Shown in pieces: positions 1 to 11,559 of a stretch of 61,823 nucleotides of DNA. A model generated the notes under the pieces. The model saw only the letters and a list, made by a program, of their open reading frames with translations, was not told the DNA's origin and made no database searches. Source of the DNA: Macrostomum lignano (Eukaryota). Numbering within the stretch: position 1 is the stretch's first letter; every line of letters begins with the position of its first letter. Where the stretch lies: the NCBI GenBank assembly GCA_002269645.1, contig NIVC01004070.1, positions 1-61,823 on the forward strand, in the 5' to 3' direction. A program made the position numbers and the translations under genes.

Positions 1-352
1 TGGACTCGTTGTAGAAACTGAAGTCTTTGTAATGATCCCAGCGTAGCCGCGTGTCCTTCCAGAACTGACGCAGGTACATGTCCAGCGTAAACTCCATGTT
101 GATGACGTCCACCTTGTTGATGCTGAGAATCTTCATGTTGACGTCCACGTCGGTCGAATCCTCTTCTATGGTGCCGTCCGGCTTCTGCCGGCTAGCGGGC
201 ACGGGCCGCTGGTGTTTGTTGTAGCCGCGGAAGATGTGGAACACGATGCGGTCCACGATGTTCGTGTAGTTGGGTGCGGCGCCGCAGTCCGCAACCTGCA
301 CCCAGGCCAGCAGAACGGCCAACAGAACCAGGAGCAGCCGCGCTGGCGCCAT
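1..352 (-). CDS. Cys-loop (pentameric) ligand-gated ion channel, N-terminal part, GluCl/GlyR/GABA-like; runs off the window edge
   Basis: Hand translation from ATG at 352: MAPARLLLVLLAVLLAWVQVADC (signal peptide)...IFRGYNKHQRP...VDVNMKILSINKVDVINMEFTLDMYLRQFWKDTRL. This matches the Y-x3-RP, V-x-V-x-M-x-I-x-SI-x2-VD-x2-NMEFTLD-x-YLRQ-x-W-x-D-x-RL pattern of anionic pLGIC extracellular domains. It is absent from the ORF track because it has no stop in the window. Confidence 0.88.
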   Translation of the reverse strand, partial: MAPARLLLVLLAVLLAWVQVADCGAAPNYTNIVDRIVFHIFRGYNKHQRPVPASRQKPDGTIEEDSTDVDVNMKILSINKVDVINMEFTLDMYLRQFWKDTRLRWDHYKDFSFYNES

Positions 353-355
353 CTC

Positions 356-709
356 GGGCGCCTTAGACGGAGACTAGCGGCTTCTGCTGGCGCGATCGCG
401 GCGCCTCAGACGGAGGCTAGCGGCTTCTGCTGGCGCGATCGCGGGCGCCTCAGATGGAGACTAGCGGCTTCTGCTGGCACGATCGCGGGCGCCTCAGATG
501 GAGACTAGCGGCTTCTGCTGGCACGATCGCGGGCGCCTCAGATGGAGACTAGCGGCTTCTGCTGGCGCGATCGCGGGCGCCTCAGACGGAGGCTAGCGGC
601 TTCTGCTGGCGCGATCGCGGGCGCCTCAGACGGAGGCTAGCGGCTTCTGCTGGCGCGATCGCGGCGCCTCAGACGGAGGCTAGCGGCTTCTGCTGGCGCG
701 ATCGCGGGC
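356..709. repeat. 43-44 bp CpG-rich minisatellite, about 8 copies
   Basis: Unit GGGCGCCTCAGACGGAGGCTAGCGGCTTCTGCTGGCGCGATCGC, starting 3 nt upstream of the channel ATG. Confidence 0.95.
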
Positions 710-3700
710 CCGACGCCCATGCGGCTTTGGTCGCTGGAGGCCTCGCTGCAACTGCCGCACAGAGGACGGAAAACCCTGGGACCAGGCCGGTGATCCGAGC
801 TGTCGGTGTCTGAATTCCCGCTGAAACTTTGGATGGCCGTGCTAATTCGGTGGCGCTCGGTGGGCCGAATTCCAACTCTCTGAAGTATCAGCCGCGGGGA
901 CTGGCGTACAGCCGTTCAGCTCGCTTGTGCGCAAAGGCTTGGCGAGGCTGCTATGGACGGGTCACGGGCTGAGTTGCTGCAGAAGGCCGCGGGAGAATCC
1001 CCCTCTGGGAGGGGCTGCAGAGCAGCGCGGGCCTGCTCGGCTCCCATTGGCCCGCTAGACTGTTTAGGGATGAACGGTCGGAGGTGAGGTGGCGCTCACG
1101 CAGGGAAACCGGTGCGATCCGGAGCGGACGGGCAGGGTCTCCCCTTGCCCTCTGTCCCCCCAGCGAGCGGTCGCCACAACCCGCCTTCCCATTGTTGTTG
1201 CAGTGATCGATGGCTCAGTGGGAAACTCGCAGCAGAATCTGAGAACTCAGTGTTAGTGCAAAGCCTGAGGGAGCTGTTCATGCTATGCTGAATTTTTTTT
1301 GCTCAGCAGAAAGCCAGCAAGGTGCCTTGTATTCAGTTTCGACGCAGGAAGACAGTTGGATACAGATGGCGCAGCTGAATTCCTGGAACAAGGCAGCTGG
1401 GAAATTCTTGCTTATCTGCAGAGTACTCCCTAATGGTTCTGTGTTCTGCCTGGCCGGCACTCAGCCCCAGCCTCTCCTAACACCCCTAAAAGATTCGCAG
1501 CCTGACAGGCAAACAAGAGAAAGATTATTCAAGCGACAATCCCCTCCCGCAAGAGGAATGCAGCCGGCAGGAAGTCGTCCGCATAAGGCGGGAGAAGCCA
1601 ATTAGCAAAGCCCTGACGACAGATTCTCGCGGACTGGGAACCAGCACAACGAAGTCGGCAACAGGCAGGTCTGGCACTTTTCGCTGGAGCCCTTGGCATG
1701 TTAGCGCAGAGTCAGACACGATCCGCAGTTTCTCCTAGCCGACGCGGTGCGCTTTCAGTAGCGGTCACCCTTCGGTGCACTTTTACTACTAATGCATTTA
1801 GTCCACGGGCCGGGTGGCTCCAGCGAGCGGTAAAGCCGAAATAATTGAATAATTATTGCCGCTCAGGCCGACCACCTCGAGCTAGTTTGAGCAGCTGAGC
1901 TTTATCGCACTGATTTCATTAGTTCCCCCGAAACCCCAGACTTGCACTTTTGTCTCCATTGTTGGTCTCGGCTTTTACACAGGCTTTGGCCACAAGCTCA
2001 TAGCGCGCTTCTACATCAAGGATTAATCGAGACCGATGACTTTCAGCAGAGCCAGGCTCATGCGGACCGAGCGCCGAGCAGAAGAAAATGAAGCACCGAC
2101 AGTCATAAGGAGAGCTGCATGACCCGTGGCATGAAATTAATATTGAAGCCCGCCGTGCCATACGGAGTCGAATGGCAGCGAAGGGGGCCTAGCGCTGCTC
2201 GTACTTTCACTCTGTTTGCCAGCCCGGGTGGGGCGGCGGAAGAGTCGCGAAGGCTGCTGCGATTCCCCCCTCCCTCAGGAATCTCTTTGGCCGCCTGCCC
2301 TGCCCTGCTGCTCCGGAGAAACCTCAGCCCTCTCCCGGGCCAGCGCACCAACTTTGAATTTGAGGCCTGCCGGGAGACTCAGAGGCAAGTGGGAGTGGCA
2401 GCATGCAGCCCACTCCCTGTTCATCTATCCCAGCCTGCTCACGGCGACACGCGAGTTGCCTCCCCCTCCGAAGTCCCAGACTAGCGGACCACTGCGGGAA
2501 CACCGGCAGCGCGCTGGAGTGACGGTCTCTAGTAATAGGTCGCTTGCCCTCCCAAGAAGCTGCCTGTGCCTCTTCCACTTTCTCCTAGTTTCTGTCTGTC
2601 TGTCTTCTCAAACTCTCGAGCTACAGATCATGCAAGAGCAGAGATCGGTAAATTAGCCCGCGCTCGGCCATCACGATGGGGCAGCTTTAAAAGTCCCATC
2701 AGTCTTAGGCGGGAGATTCTCCAAAGAGATTCCGATCATAGCAGCTACTCTAGGAACGAAAAATTGCTCTGCCCGCCATGCATTGAGAAAGCGTTTTTGA
2801 GCATGAGAACTCATTTTAAAGCTGAGAGCCTTCAGAGAGCTCCTCCGTCTTTCACGTCTCCTACACTACAAAAATCCTTGAGTCGATGTGGGCGTAATTT
2901 GCTCCGAGATAGAGTCAGCCGCATGCTTAGCCAGCCCTGCGAGTTATAAAAGTTTGCATCTTCATCACGCAGTCCTGAGCGGCGTTCGCGATGAAGTTAA
3001 TCCCAATTTGCTTTGAGGCTGGCGGCCCGCCCCGGGCGAAGTTGTCACTAATCTGCTCCCGATTTCAGCTTAATCCGGCGGCCTCACCCCAGGGACACAG
3101 GGGATGGGGCGGAACTTCAGGGGACAGAAAAGCTGATGAGAATTTCTGAGCCCCTCACGAGTCTCTGGACTCGTTGGTTGAGAGAAAGTGCAGCACAGCG
3201 GCTTCAAAATTTTCTCCGGCGTGAATTCCGGCTGGAGCTGCGAGCCACTTCAACACGAGAGCAACCCGACACCCCCTGCTCAGAGCCCGGACTCAAACAA
3301 GGCAACGGCTTCGCTCAAGAGGGACATGGGCTATAATTTGTATTTTTGCCGAAATAACTGACTGTGAATTCAAAAGAAATCTACTAATAAGAATTCTGCA
3401 CGACTTGAAGGCGCTGCAACTCGAGAGGGAGCTCAGCAAGATCCCGTGATGCCTGCTCTCAACTTATGACACACAATCGATTAACTCGCTGCATCGGACT
3501 AGAGGCTCTGGAATCCAAGCATCATCTACCCCTCAGCTGCAGCCGCTGTGGAGGCCTATTTCTCTGCCTGTCTCAGCTGCCCCTCTCTCGCACCCGCGAC
3601 AGAGGAGGGAAGGCGCGTCACTTCGCATTACGCGTGAAAACGGGAAATTGCCTCGCGAAACGGAAGACGCTGCCTTTTCCTCCGCTGGCTGGGCCGCTCG

Positions 3701-4863
3701 GGCCAGGGCGGGGGGGGGCACGGGGACTCGGCTGGGCAGAGTTCGTCTGACCTGCAGTTGCTCAGTAGAGCAGCTTCTACTCTGTCTTAATGAGCGGCAG
3801 CGGGGCTGTTGAGCACTGCATGCTAGCTTTGGCATGCGGAGGTATTGCAGCAGCGGATATTATAATAGTTCAGGTAAGCGAATCTCCGCTAGGCTGAGTG
3901 CTAGGGCATGCAGAGCATAAATTTGCTTGTGCTCTGCCCGTGCCTCCTCTCTCCATTGAGAAGATCTTGTTTGTACTTTTCACTACCAAAGCTTGGCAGA
4001 GTTTATTTTGGGATGCTGCATCAATAAAACACCTAGAGAATGCAGAATTCAATATTCTCCCATCAATGAAAATGGGAATAAAAAGATAATAGCCACCCAC
4101 ATCCAGCTTTATGGCCTCAAACATGCCTACCAGGTTCACTGCAGTGTCTTCCATCGGAATGGCCGCTCTATAATTGCTTGCCAGATTTTTTATAAGACAG
4201 CAACCGGCTGTCTCGTAGCGATAGATCTGGTCGAGTGAGCTGCAGCAGGGCGCCCGCGCTGCCCCTTCCCTATCCCGATCTCCCTTTGTGCCGAACTTTC
4301 TAAAGAAGGATCGCCTTTGGACTGAGAGCTTCCTGCCCAGCACGACCGGCTGCTTTCTGTCCTCTTTAATTTTCAGCGCAATTCATAAGTGGATCTCAAG
4401 CCCTTTGCTCTCTGGCTTCTTTAAACTACAATAAAGACTCCAAAACGGCTTTTACTTGAAAGGGTAGTCCTGCATCCTGCACAGTGGCTGACTGCAGACA
4501 GTGTAGCATTGGCTAAGCCCGAGGCATCATTTTTCTTTAAAGTACTTTGCACAAATAACTGTCTTGGAATAGCAGAATCGTGGTGGCGAAGGGCAGGTCA
4601 GCTAATGGGGGTGCAAGAGTTGTAGCTGCAGCAGGGCACAGTATAGGCTCAGCCAGGTGCATAAACAGACATACTTGAAGATTATTAGCTAATTTTCATA
4701 TTCTCGCAACAGTGTACGAGCGTAGAGTGTCATATCTCTGCACGGAGGGTGTACAAAGCAGTGTACACTTATCTTGCTACCCAGATAAAGAGAAGAACAA
4801 ATGCCATTAAAGCTTTTCTAGGCCGAGGTGAGACAGACTGTTAAATACTAAGCCGAGTGAAAA

Positions 4864-5715
4864 ATGTTGACTGTAGCAGTACGCAATGGCTGGACGCGGT
4901 GCCGCCTGCTGCTGCAGCCGGTGGCCTTCGGCATCCGCCAGCTCAGCGGGAACCGGGGTGCCACAACAGCGGCTCAGCAGAACTGGCAGGCCCGGGTGGA
5001 CCTGGCGGCAGCCTACAGGGCCCTGGACCAGCTGGGCTACAACGAGGGCATCTGCAACCATCTCAGCCTGATGACGCCATCGGCTGACGGCTCCGGAGCC
5101 GAGCTGATGCTGCTGGTGCCCTACGGCCTGCACTGGTCCCGCGTGCGTGCCTCCGACCTGGTCGGCCTCGACGCTGCAGGTCGGGTAGTGGAGGGCAACG
5201 GTCGCGCCGAGACGTCCGCGGCCACAATCCACCGACCGCTGCACGAGGCCCGGCCCGAGGCCAAGGCGGTCTTCCACCTGCACAGTCCGTACGCCACCGC
5301 CCTCAGCTGCCTGCAGGACTCCCGACTGCGCATGGTGCACCAGAACTGCCTGTACTTTCTCAACAGCATTGCCTACGATCTGGACTACAGCGGCGTCTCC
5401 GTCCAGGACTCAGAGGGCGCTCGGCTGGCTTCCTGCCTGGCACCTGACAAGACCTGCCTGATGATGGCCAACCACGGCTACCTGGTGCTAGCGGAAACCG
5501 CGGCCATGGCCTTCCACTACTCCTACTACTTGGAGCGCTGTGCCATGTACCAGTTGCTGGCCATGCAGACGGGCCGCGAGCTTAAGGAGCTGGATCCGGC
5601 CTTCGCCAAGGCGGCGCAGCAGGACATGCTTAAGTTTGCCGAGCGCGACGGAGATCAATTCTTCCGGGCTGTGCAGCAAAAGCTGCGTGACGAGGGCTCT
5701 GACTTTGAAAAGTAA
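4864..5715 (+). CDS. Class II aldolase/adducin-head family protein, intronless, probable mitochondrial presequence
   Basis: 283 aa. NEGICNHLS, TIHRPLH, VFHLHSPY and MMANHG give the Zn-binding His set of class II aldolases. The first ~40 aa are R/A/L-rich with no acidic residue. There is no adducin C-terminal tail. Confidence 0.9.
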   Translation: MLTVAVRNGWTRCRLLLQPVAFGIRQLSGNRGATTAAQQNWQARVDLAAAYRALDQLGYNEGICNHLSLMTPSADGSGAELMLLVPYGLHWSRVRASDLVGLDAAGRVVEGNGRAETSAATIHRPLHEARPEAKAVFHLHSPYATALSCLQDSRLRMVHQNCLYFLNSIAYDLDYSGVSVQDSEGARLASCLAPDKTCLMMANHGYLVLAETAAMAFHYSYYLERCAMYQLLAMQTGRELKELDPAFAKAAQQDMLKFAERDGDQFFRAVQQKLRDEGSDFEK

Positions 5716-6662
5716 CGGCGAACTCGTCACGATGACAAATTGAAATTTGTTATTTCCGTTACTCGTATAATAAATGTCATTCGGCTAAGTGATAATGTGC
5801 TTGCAAAATATGAATAATGTGCTTGCCAGTGCTGGATGATGATAAAATGACTGCATTGAATTTCGCCAAGAGACTCATGAAGACTTTCCTTACACTCAAG
5901 CTCATTGCAGCTGACGATACCAATCTATTGTAGCCATCTAAATGTTCCTATGTTGCTGAAAATGTTTTTGAAACAGGCCAAATGGAGCCACACGTCTGTA
6001 TCCGCTATCTAAAAACGCTGGCCTTTCTGAAGAATCGATCGAAGGGCCGCGATCAATTTTTAGTGGCAGCTGATGAAGTTTTCTGCCCGTTTCCATGAGG
6101 CCCAGAAATCGATTTTGTCCGACCAGCGGGCGGGAGCTGAGACTTGCTGGGCCGGGGGAGGCATCGACCCGCGCCAGCCGAGGTGCCCTAAGGCTGCCAG
6201 ACTGCGGCCAGAGTATTAATTAGAACTCAATGTAACGGGCAAAGAATGAAGCAAATAAAAGTCACGGAAGGTTTAAAGAATGAGGCTGGTAACTAGCAAA
6301 CACACAGAGTTCCATTCTGAACCCCGAGTTGCTTTAGTAAAAGCATCGAACACTGAAGCAAATTAACACGGTAAGAGAGTGCTGAACCGCTCACAGATGG
6401 TCCTGCTAGTCCAGAACACTACGGTCACAATATTGCTGATATTGCCATGCAAACCAAGGCGCAAACCAGGTGGTCAAAGCAGAGTCTATTGTTGGAAATC
6501 AATCCATCTTGCTAGTTAGCTGAAGTTCGCCATGGCAACCGGGATATTCGAAGTTTACAGAAATGATCTACGCATCAAAGTGCTGCCATGACGGACTGTA
6601 TGAAAACCCAGTCTAAGCCCAGTTCAGCCAAGTCTGAAGTCGCTGGCAACTCATGGCCTCCC

Positions 6663-7771
6663 CTAAGCTCGGCAACTGGCCGGCAGTGCCTCCTTGAGTT
6701 CACCGGCCTGCTGCATCTCCCGCACAATATCCAGGCCGCCCAACAGCTGCCCATCAGCGTACAGCTGCGGGAAGGTCGGCCAGTTGCTGAACTTCTTCAG
6801 GCCCTCTCGCACGGAATTGTCCTGCAGGATGTCGAAGTGGCCGAACTGGACGCCCTCGGAGCGCAGCAGCTCCACGATCTGCCGGCTGAAGCCGCAGCGG
6901 GGCGCGTCTGGCGAGCCTTTCATGAACAGCATGACTGGCGCGGCCTTGACCAGCTTCTCCAGGCGGGCCGTCACGGCGGCTTTCAGCGCGGGGCCCAGCT
7001 CGCCGGCCTCGTCCATCTCGCGAACAACGTCGAGACCGCCCAGCAACTCGCCGGCTGCGTACAGCTGCGGGTAGGTTGGCCAGTTGCTCAGCTTCTTCAA
7101 GCCCTCTCGCACGGCTTGGTCGGTGAGGATGTCGAAGTGGTCGAAAGGCGCCACCTCGGCGTGCTTCCGCAGCAGCTCCACGATCTGCCGGCTGAAGCCG
7201 CAGCGAGGCGCGTCTGGCGAGCCTTTCATGAACAGCAAGACTGGCGAGCGGGTCAGCAGCGACTTCAGGCGGGCCTCCAGCTGCGCCTGCGTCTCTTTTG
7301 GCGCCGCGGCGACGTCCCGCCGGTAGCCGGGCGGTGGCGGACACAGCGGCCGAGAGCTTGGCGGCCAGGGCCGCGGGGTCAGCACCGTTCAGGCGGTCCA
7401 CAACTTGCGGCTGCTGGCTCTCAGCCGCCCTGCGCACAAGCAAAAAGGTGGGCACCGCCAGGACGCCAAACCTGCTGGTTACCTGCGGCACCTGCATGCG
7501 ATTTGATTGAATCAAATGGATTTTGCAACTCACTTTGACCAGCAAGCAGCTCCGCACAGCTCACCTGTTCAGCCTCCACATTGACAAAAGTGACAGCTGA
7601 GTAGGCCGGCTCCTTGGCCAGCTCGTCCATCACCAGCGACATCTGGACGCACTGGGCCGCCCAGTCAGCTCTGAAGTGCAGCAGGCAGAGGCCGCCCGGC
7701 TTAGCGGAGGCCAGGGCGGACTCGAAGGTCTCGGTCGAGGTGGCCAGCACCACTCTAGCGCTGCTAGTCAT
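6663..7771 (-). CDS. GLRX3: Glutaredoxin-3 (PICOT): Trx domain + two CGFS Grx domains; exons 7771-7565 and 7491-6663; frameshift in the linker near 7316-7331
   Basis: [10 protein letters not shown] Trx-like motif. The GT-AG intron 7564-7492 joins EAEQ|[16 protein letters not shown]. Two [14 protein letters not shown]...NWPT(Y/F)[12 protein letters not shown] domains follow. The Trx and Grx frames differ across the linker. Confidence 0.93.
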
Positions 7772-8408
7772 TGGGCAGTCAGCAGCAGTTGCCAGACAGA
7801 AATTTTGTTATATTTTCAACATAAGTTACTACTACTACGAGTACAAATAATATTATTATTATCAGGGGGCGGTCAAACAACCAGGGTTCGTAGCGTGAGA
7901 AAGTTAGCGAAATTTACCGCTGAGCTACCCTGTCCCCTAGCATAATTTGCTAAGCTACTACTTACAAACTAAATTAGAAGTAGTCTCATTCGTTGACAGG
8001 TAAAATTTTGGCTAATAAGCAGTCAAAAAGTTGATAAAGTAACAAACTTCAATTCGGTTCAATTGGTAGCAAATGCTTGTATTATAAAACTGAGAAAATA
8101 ACCAAAAACAGACTGCCATCAAGCCGGATAGAATATAATGCAACCAGTGAGGCAACGGTAACGCTAAGGTAAACTGGAGCAATAAAGGGATACTTTTAAG
8201 CACTCCCTAATAAATATAGAAAAATCTGCTTTGTGAGCATAAAATGCGACACCGGGTCAAAGGTACTGAATGAAAGCAGAACAATGTCATTGAAACAGAA
8301 ACGGCTGGATTTCATTATTGCACAACTGCAAGTCACCAGAGCAGATCGGCAAACAAACCAAAACGATCTGTTGGCTACGAAAACACGATTCGATAAACGC
8401 AGTAAAAT

Positions 8409-8954
8409 TTATTTTTGGAAGGTCAGGCCCCGGTATTCCAGGTGCTTGTCGGAGGCCAAGCCCCGGTACTCCAGGTGCTTATCAGAGGCCGAACCCTGGC
8501 ACTCCAGGTGCTTGCCAGAAGCCAGGCTCCGGTACTCTTGGTGCAGCCGGTTGACCAGCGCCAGCTGGCGCCGCTCCTGCGCCATCATGCTGGCGCGCAG
8601 GTCGACACCTTCCAGGTGGGCAACATCGGCACCAGCCGCTCGCGGTGGCAGCGGAGTGTTGCACAAGCGGCAACTGTGGGCATCGGGCGGGTTCAGCAGA
8701 GTGCACGCTGGACACGGGGCGTCCTCAGCCTTGAGCCGAGCCGACTGATGGCGCGTAGAGCTCGAGGCAGCCTGGGGGATCTCCTTGCGGGTGGCGCGGT
8801 GGCTGCGGCGCTCGGGGTGGCCATGCCAGACAGCATCGCAGGCGCAGCAGAGGCGCTTGCAGCGGGGCGCAGAGCAGGCCACTGCAGCGGGCTCATCGCC
8901 GCAGTACTCGCACAAGAGGTTGGCAAACTGCTGCTTCTGGCCAGTTGCTGGCAT
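8409..8954 (-). CDS. B-box + RanBP2/NZF-type zinc finger protein, resembling the HOIP/RNF31 N-terminal modules, with a C-terminal 33-bp repeat
   Basis: CEYC...C..PRC...LCCACDAVWHGHPERRSH is similar to the HOIP B-box; CPACTLLNPPDAHSCRLC is an NZF. The tail carries about 3 copies of an 11-aa KHLEYRGLASD repeat. Confidence 0.7.
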   Translation of the reverse strand: MPATGQKQQFANLLCEYCGDEPAAVACSAPRCKRLCCACDAVWHGHPERRSHRATRKEIPQAASSSTRHQSARLKAEDAPCPACTLLNPPDAHSCRLCNTPLPPRAAGADVAHLEGVDLRASMMAQERRQLALVNRLHQEYRSLASGKHLECQGSASDKHLEYRGLASDKHLEYRGLTFQK

Positions 8955-9174
8955 TGCCTGGAGCTGCAGAGGGTGATTGACATCTCAGTTTCGAGGTTGG
9001 CTCTCAATCAAGTTGTCAGAATGTGTATAAAATCAGACATTGACGTTATTTATTTTTTAACTGTGAATTTACAAAGGGCAATTGATTAAAAAATATTGAG
9101 GCAACACTGAGCTTGCTTGCACCTTAATTGACTGCACTGAGAATGACTGTATGCTTGTTATGACTTATTAGCCT

Positions 9175-9809
9175 TACTCTTGTACCAATACTCTTGTACC
9201 AATACTCTTGTACCAATACTCTTGTACCAATACTCTTACACTAATACTCTTACACTAATACTCTTGTACCAATACTCTTGTACCAATACTCTTGTACCAA
9301 TACTCTTGTACCAATACTCTTGTACCAATACTCTTACACTAATACTCTTGTACCAATACTCTTGTACCAATACTCTTACACTAATACTCTTGTACCAATA
9401 CTCTTGTACCAATACTCTTACACTAATACTCTTGTACCAATACTCTTGTACCAATACTCTTACACTAATACTCTTGTACCAATATTCTTGTACCAATACT
9501 CTTACACTAATACTCTTGTACTAATACTCTTGTACCAATACTCTTGTACCAATACTCTTGTACCAATACTCTTACACTAATACTCTTGTACCAATACTCT
9601 TGTACCAATACTCTTGTACCAATACTCTTGTACCAATACTCTTACACTAATACTCTTGTACCAATACTCTTGTACCAATACTCTTGTACCAATACTCTTA
9701 CACTAATACTCTTGTACCAATACTCTTGTACCAATACTCTTGTACCAATACTCTTGTACCAATACTCTTGTACCAATACTCTTGTACCAATACTCTTACA
9801 CTAATACTC
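9175..9809. repeat. 14-bp minisatellite (AATACTCTTGTACC / AATACTCTTACACT variants), about 45 copies
   Basis: Direct reading of the sequence; periodic pseudo-ORFs in the track. Confidence 0.97.
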
Positions 9810-10474
9810 ATGCACCTTGCCTTCATAGAATTTTATAGTCCTGGGCCTGCAACCCCATTTGTTCTCTCATTGCTCTAGTTAACATTTAAACAAATGCTTA
9901 TATTCTGTTAATTCATCTAGTAAAATAGATAAAGCAGGGAAAATTTTTCACAATGATTGCATTTGTTTCAATCAAACGATATGTCAATATATATTTATAT
10001 TAATTTTTAATTTTTTTAAAAAATCTCAGGTCTAAGCTATTAGCTCAATGAATATAAGATATAATTATAGACTTTATATTAATTATAAAATCCAAAGCTT
10101 AACAAATGATAATACAAAGAAATAATACTGTTCAAATCTCTAAATTAGGGCTAAGAAAGTACTACTAGGGACTATTATATGATAAAAAACTTTGCAAATA
10201 ATGTTTAATAAAAACTCTTACCATATTTTTAGTCAAAACTAATCCACATGACAAGTATAATATAATTTTAGAAATTGCATATATGATATCAGTATTTCTA
10301 GCCTAGAACTAACAAAAAACTCAAAATATTTTAAATAGATATTAAGAAATATTTACTATTTATTATAATAGAGGGACTTACTCATTAAAAAATGAAGATT
10401 TTATAAAAGCAATAACAATAACTTTAAACTGTAGGCCTACCTTATAGAAACATAATATTTATAATATTGTAATA

Positions 10475-10498
10475 CCCTAACCCTAACCCTAACCCTAG
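10475..10498. repeat. Short interstitial telomere-like tract (CCCTAA)3 CCCTAG
   Basis: ccctaaccctaaccctaaccctag at an AT-rich/GC-balanced junction. Confidence 0.6.
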
Positions 10499-11559
10499 TC
10501 TACTACTGAGGCAACATTGAAGGAGTCCAATGGCAAGGCTATGCTGCCAACATCATCAACAGCTGACAGACAAAACCACTGACAGTGCTGCACCTACTGG
10601 CAACAAAGCCAAGGCCATCTGCCAGCCATTATCGAGACATGCAGAGGTTATTTACCAGCTTTAGCAGCACGACATGTTGCCTTACTAGGAGCCGCCATCT
10701 ACTAGCTGAAGGTGACAAGGACTGGGACCATAGCATAGCCAGTGACAACCACTGCCAACCCGCTTGCTATCTGGTGTTTAAGAGAGTGAGGTTCAGCAGC
10801 AATGCTGACAGCTGCTACACCTTGTCATCTGCTGACGTATCTAAATCCAACAACAATGACGCCAAAGCCATTGACAAAGATTGACCTTTAGGCACCTCAA
10901 CAACCTGGCAACTGGTCTAAGTAGCAATCATATAGAAGGAGCTCCAGACCCCAACCCATGCCACTACAGCCAAAGCTGCACCAACAAATCCTACTAACAG
11001 ATGCCAAACATTAAACTTAGCTGATCATATCCCAAGACCAGTCATCTACAAGGAGCTCCAAATCCTACTGATTTGGAACTGAATCTGAGTTGACAACCGA
11101 AACTGCCACTAAATCAGCAATTAAACATGACAAGAGATGAACAAAACCTATTAGCATTTTAGAAAGCTTAATATCAACATTTGAATATGATTGCAATTTC
11201 TAACAACTTTGCACACCATTGTGCATTGTTAGGATTTTATTAGAACAATTTGAGAAAGTGAGATTGAAAACGATTGATTAAATATTGGTTTTTGCAACAT
11301 ACACGGGTAAGGAGGGTAAGATTGAAAACAATTGATTACAACTTGGCTTTAACAACATACATAGGTAGGTAGGAGAGAAAATTATAGATTAAGATTGAAA
11401 ATTAAACCAAAAGTACACAATTCTTGTTCAGTGGTCAAAAGGCAGAATCAGGGGCGGTAGCTTAAGTAAATGAACATCAAGTTAAGTGTACACAGCATAC
11501 ACGACTATGTCACTCACTGTTCAGAAAACGCAGAGAACGTGACCTGCACCACTATGTTG

